Position numbers and translations under genes: made by a program
Shown: positions 27,124-28,296 of the stretch, piece after piece
Layout of the letters: each line of letters begins with the position of its first letter
Numbering within the stretch: the stretch's first letter is position 1
NCBI GenBank assembly: GCA_049314435.1
Contig: JBMOFD010000017.1
Span: 1-28,296 of the forward strand
DNA: 28,296 bases
Reading direction: 5' to 3'
From: Chlamydiia bacterium
GTDB taxonomy: Bacteria; Chlamydiota; Chlamydiia; Chlamydiales; JBMOFD01
The notes under the pieces: model-generated
Databases searched by the model: none
Seen by the model: the letters and a program-made list of their open reading frames with translations, nothing else
What the model was told of the DNA's origin: nothing

Positions 27124-27576
27124 CTAGAGGGGGCCATTGGGGTGGATTGAGATGTGAAGTACCTGTTCGGGGCAATGTTCCTGCACATCGACGGTGATGG
27201 CATTGAGTCGTCCCTGTTCGATCACCAAACGTACCTCCGCTGAGAGCGTTTCTGCCGAAGAGGAATCATCAGTCTCCTTTACATGGACCACAGCTCGGTA
27301 CTGCTGTTGAGGTGGGGGCAGGTGATGGAGGGGGAAGGAGGTATCGATGACGATCTGTCCACCACCGCCGCGTCGAGGATAGCAGGTCGCTGGCGTCGAA
27401 TTCCCAAGTGGAGGAGTAGGTGGTGTCCCCCCCCAACTGATCCCCACTTCCTGATAGTGGTCGGTGGGAAGAGGAGTCGCCCGACCTTGTGTCCCTAGAA
27501 GAGCGCAGCAGAGCACACTCCAGGCCAGAGGATGTTGGGTCATACGTGACCCGAGACCAAGAGTCCATCTGCTCAT
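27124..27576 (-). CDS. Exported hypothetical protein
   Basis: ATG 27576 behind GGGGGA. Hydrophobic AWSVLCCALLG then GRA|T. Beta-strand pattern with two mature Cys. Confidence 0.55.
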   Translation of the reverse strand: MSRWTLGLGSRMTQHPLAWSVLCCALLGTQGRATPLPTDHYQEVGISWGGTPPTPPLGNSTPATCYPRRGGGGQIVIDTSFPLHHLPPPQQQYRAVVHVKETDDSSSAETLSAEVRLVIEQGRLNAITVDVQEHCPEQVLHISIHPNGPL

Positions 27577-27680
27577 GAAGTTTCCCCCGTATTGGCGCTG
27601 CAGTTCCGAAACAGTAGGTAGCTCAAGAGCTGTTTGATGAAAATCGTACCCCAATAGGCTCGGACGATACTCGGAGTTGT

Positions 27681-27709
27681 TTGAAAAAATAATTCGTATT
27701 AGTTAATGT
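27681..27709 (+). promoter_or_regulatory. Putative sigma70/sigma66 promoter
   Basis: TTGAAA-17 nt-TAATGT in an AT-rich spacer, followed by an AGAGGT SD and ATG 27732. Confidence 0.5.
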
Positions 27710-27731
27710 TCAGTTACATAAAGAGGTCAAT

Positions 27732-28139
27732 ATGAGCCAATCAGGTCCCCCTGTTCCAAAACCAGATAAACATCTGACCGTCCATGAAATGCAGAACTGG
27801 GCCCAAGAAAACGTGGGTCGCATCTGGTTCGTGGTGGTTGTGGTACTCGCCGTTGTGAGCGCGATCTTCTTCTTCCCCCATCTCAGCTTGGTCCTATTAG
27901 GACTCGGCCTGTTAGGCGGTGCTCTTGCCCCGATTCCCGTCGGGTCAGCTCTGCATAAGGGGCGTCGATTGATTGCCCAGCAATCGGATGGAGCACGTCT
28001 AGCGATCCTAGTTGCAGTGGGGGTGGTGAGCATCATTCTCCCCTTCCTTTTCACGGCTTGGGTGGGCGCCTTAGGTGGCGTGGCTCTTGTAGTGGATCAG
28101 AAGATCATGGATCTCATCTCAGGCCGCATAGGCGAATAG
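27732..28139 (+). CDS. Small integral membrane protein with two hydrophobic hairpins
   Basis: Two ~38-aa bilobed hydrophobic blocks, each kinked by Pro, separated by a basic loop. SD present. Confidence 0.7.
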   Translation: MSQSGPPVPKPDKHLTVHEMQNWAQENVGRIWFVVVVVLAVVSAIFFFPHLSLVLLGLGLLGGALAPIPVGSALHKGRRLIAQQSDGARLAILVAVGVVSIILPFLFTAWVGALGGVALVVDQKIMDLISGRIGE

Positions 28140-28173
28140 GTAAGTAGAGCCATCCTATTGGCCGTCGACTACG

Positions 28174-28231
28174 ACGCCTCACCTTGACGTTCTCCTCTAG
28201 GAGGTTCGTTGAGGGTGAGGCGTTTTCTTTT
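28174..28231 (+). terminator. Putative intrinsic terminator
   Basis: ACGCCTCACC...GGTGAGGCGT stem with further inner pairing, followed by TTTCTTTT. Confidence 0.65.
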
Positions 28232-28244
28232 GAGGCTTGCAGAC

Positions 28245-28279
28245 AAAAAAAAGGTGTGGGGAGAGAACTCCCCACACCT
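28245..28279 (-). terminator. Intrinsic terminator for a transcript entering from the right edge
   Basis: Perfect 12-bp stem AGGTGTGGGGAG/CTCCCCACACCT with a 4-nt loop, followed by a T run on the minus strand. Confidence 0.85.
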
Positions 28280-28296
28280 CGGACTTCGATGGTGCT

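Noticed and set aside
28290..28296. TGGTGCT as the reverse complement of a tRNA 3' end (AGCACCA) upstream of the minus-strand terminator
   Set aside because: Only 7 nt are visible at the window edge. Plausible, but cannot be supported without flanking sequence.

Overview
Gene-dense, GC-rich bacterial chromosomal window. Gene content and order point to an environmental member of Chlamydiota: eno near a membrane RsbU phosphatase, mutL-pepP, and a chlamydial-type T2SS block of upstream gene, gspD, gspE, gspF and four pseudopilins. Left to right: a frameshifted RelE/HigB-type toxin with its HTH antitoxin, a small conserved hypothetical protein, eno, a CCA-adding enzyme, rsbU, a TrmH-family methyltransferase, rsgA, a displaced GspK-like gene, an orphan PhoR-like kinase, a class III adenylate cyclase, pepP, mutL, two paralogous omptin/Pom-like outer-membrane barrels flanking a truncated CPT-like kinase, the T2SS operon, three small exported proteins (two are clear paralogs) and a membrane protein. 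The strongest unexplained signal is a ~60-bp dispersed element with at least 6 copies. It has a CCATATAGG head and two 3-nt-loop hairpins whose stems covary between copies. A head-to-head pair of these elements sits in frame inside the leader peptide of a pseudopilin gene. All calls come from motif recognition by eye; no database searches were run.
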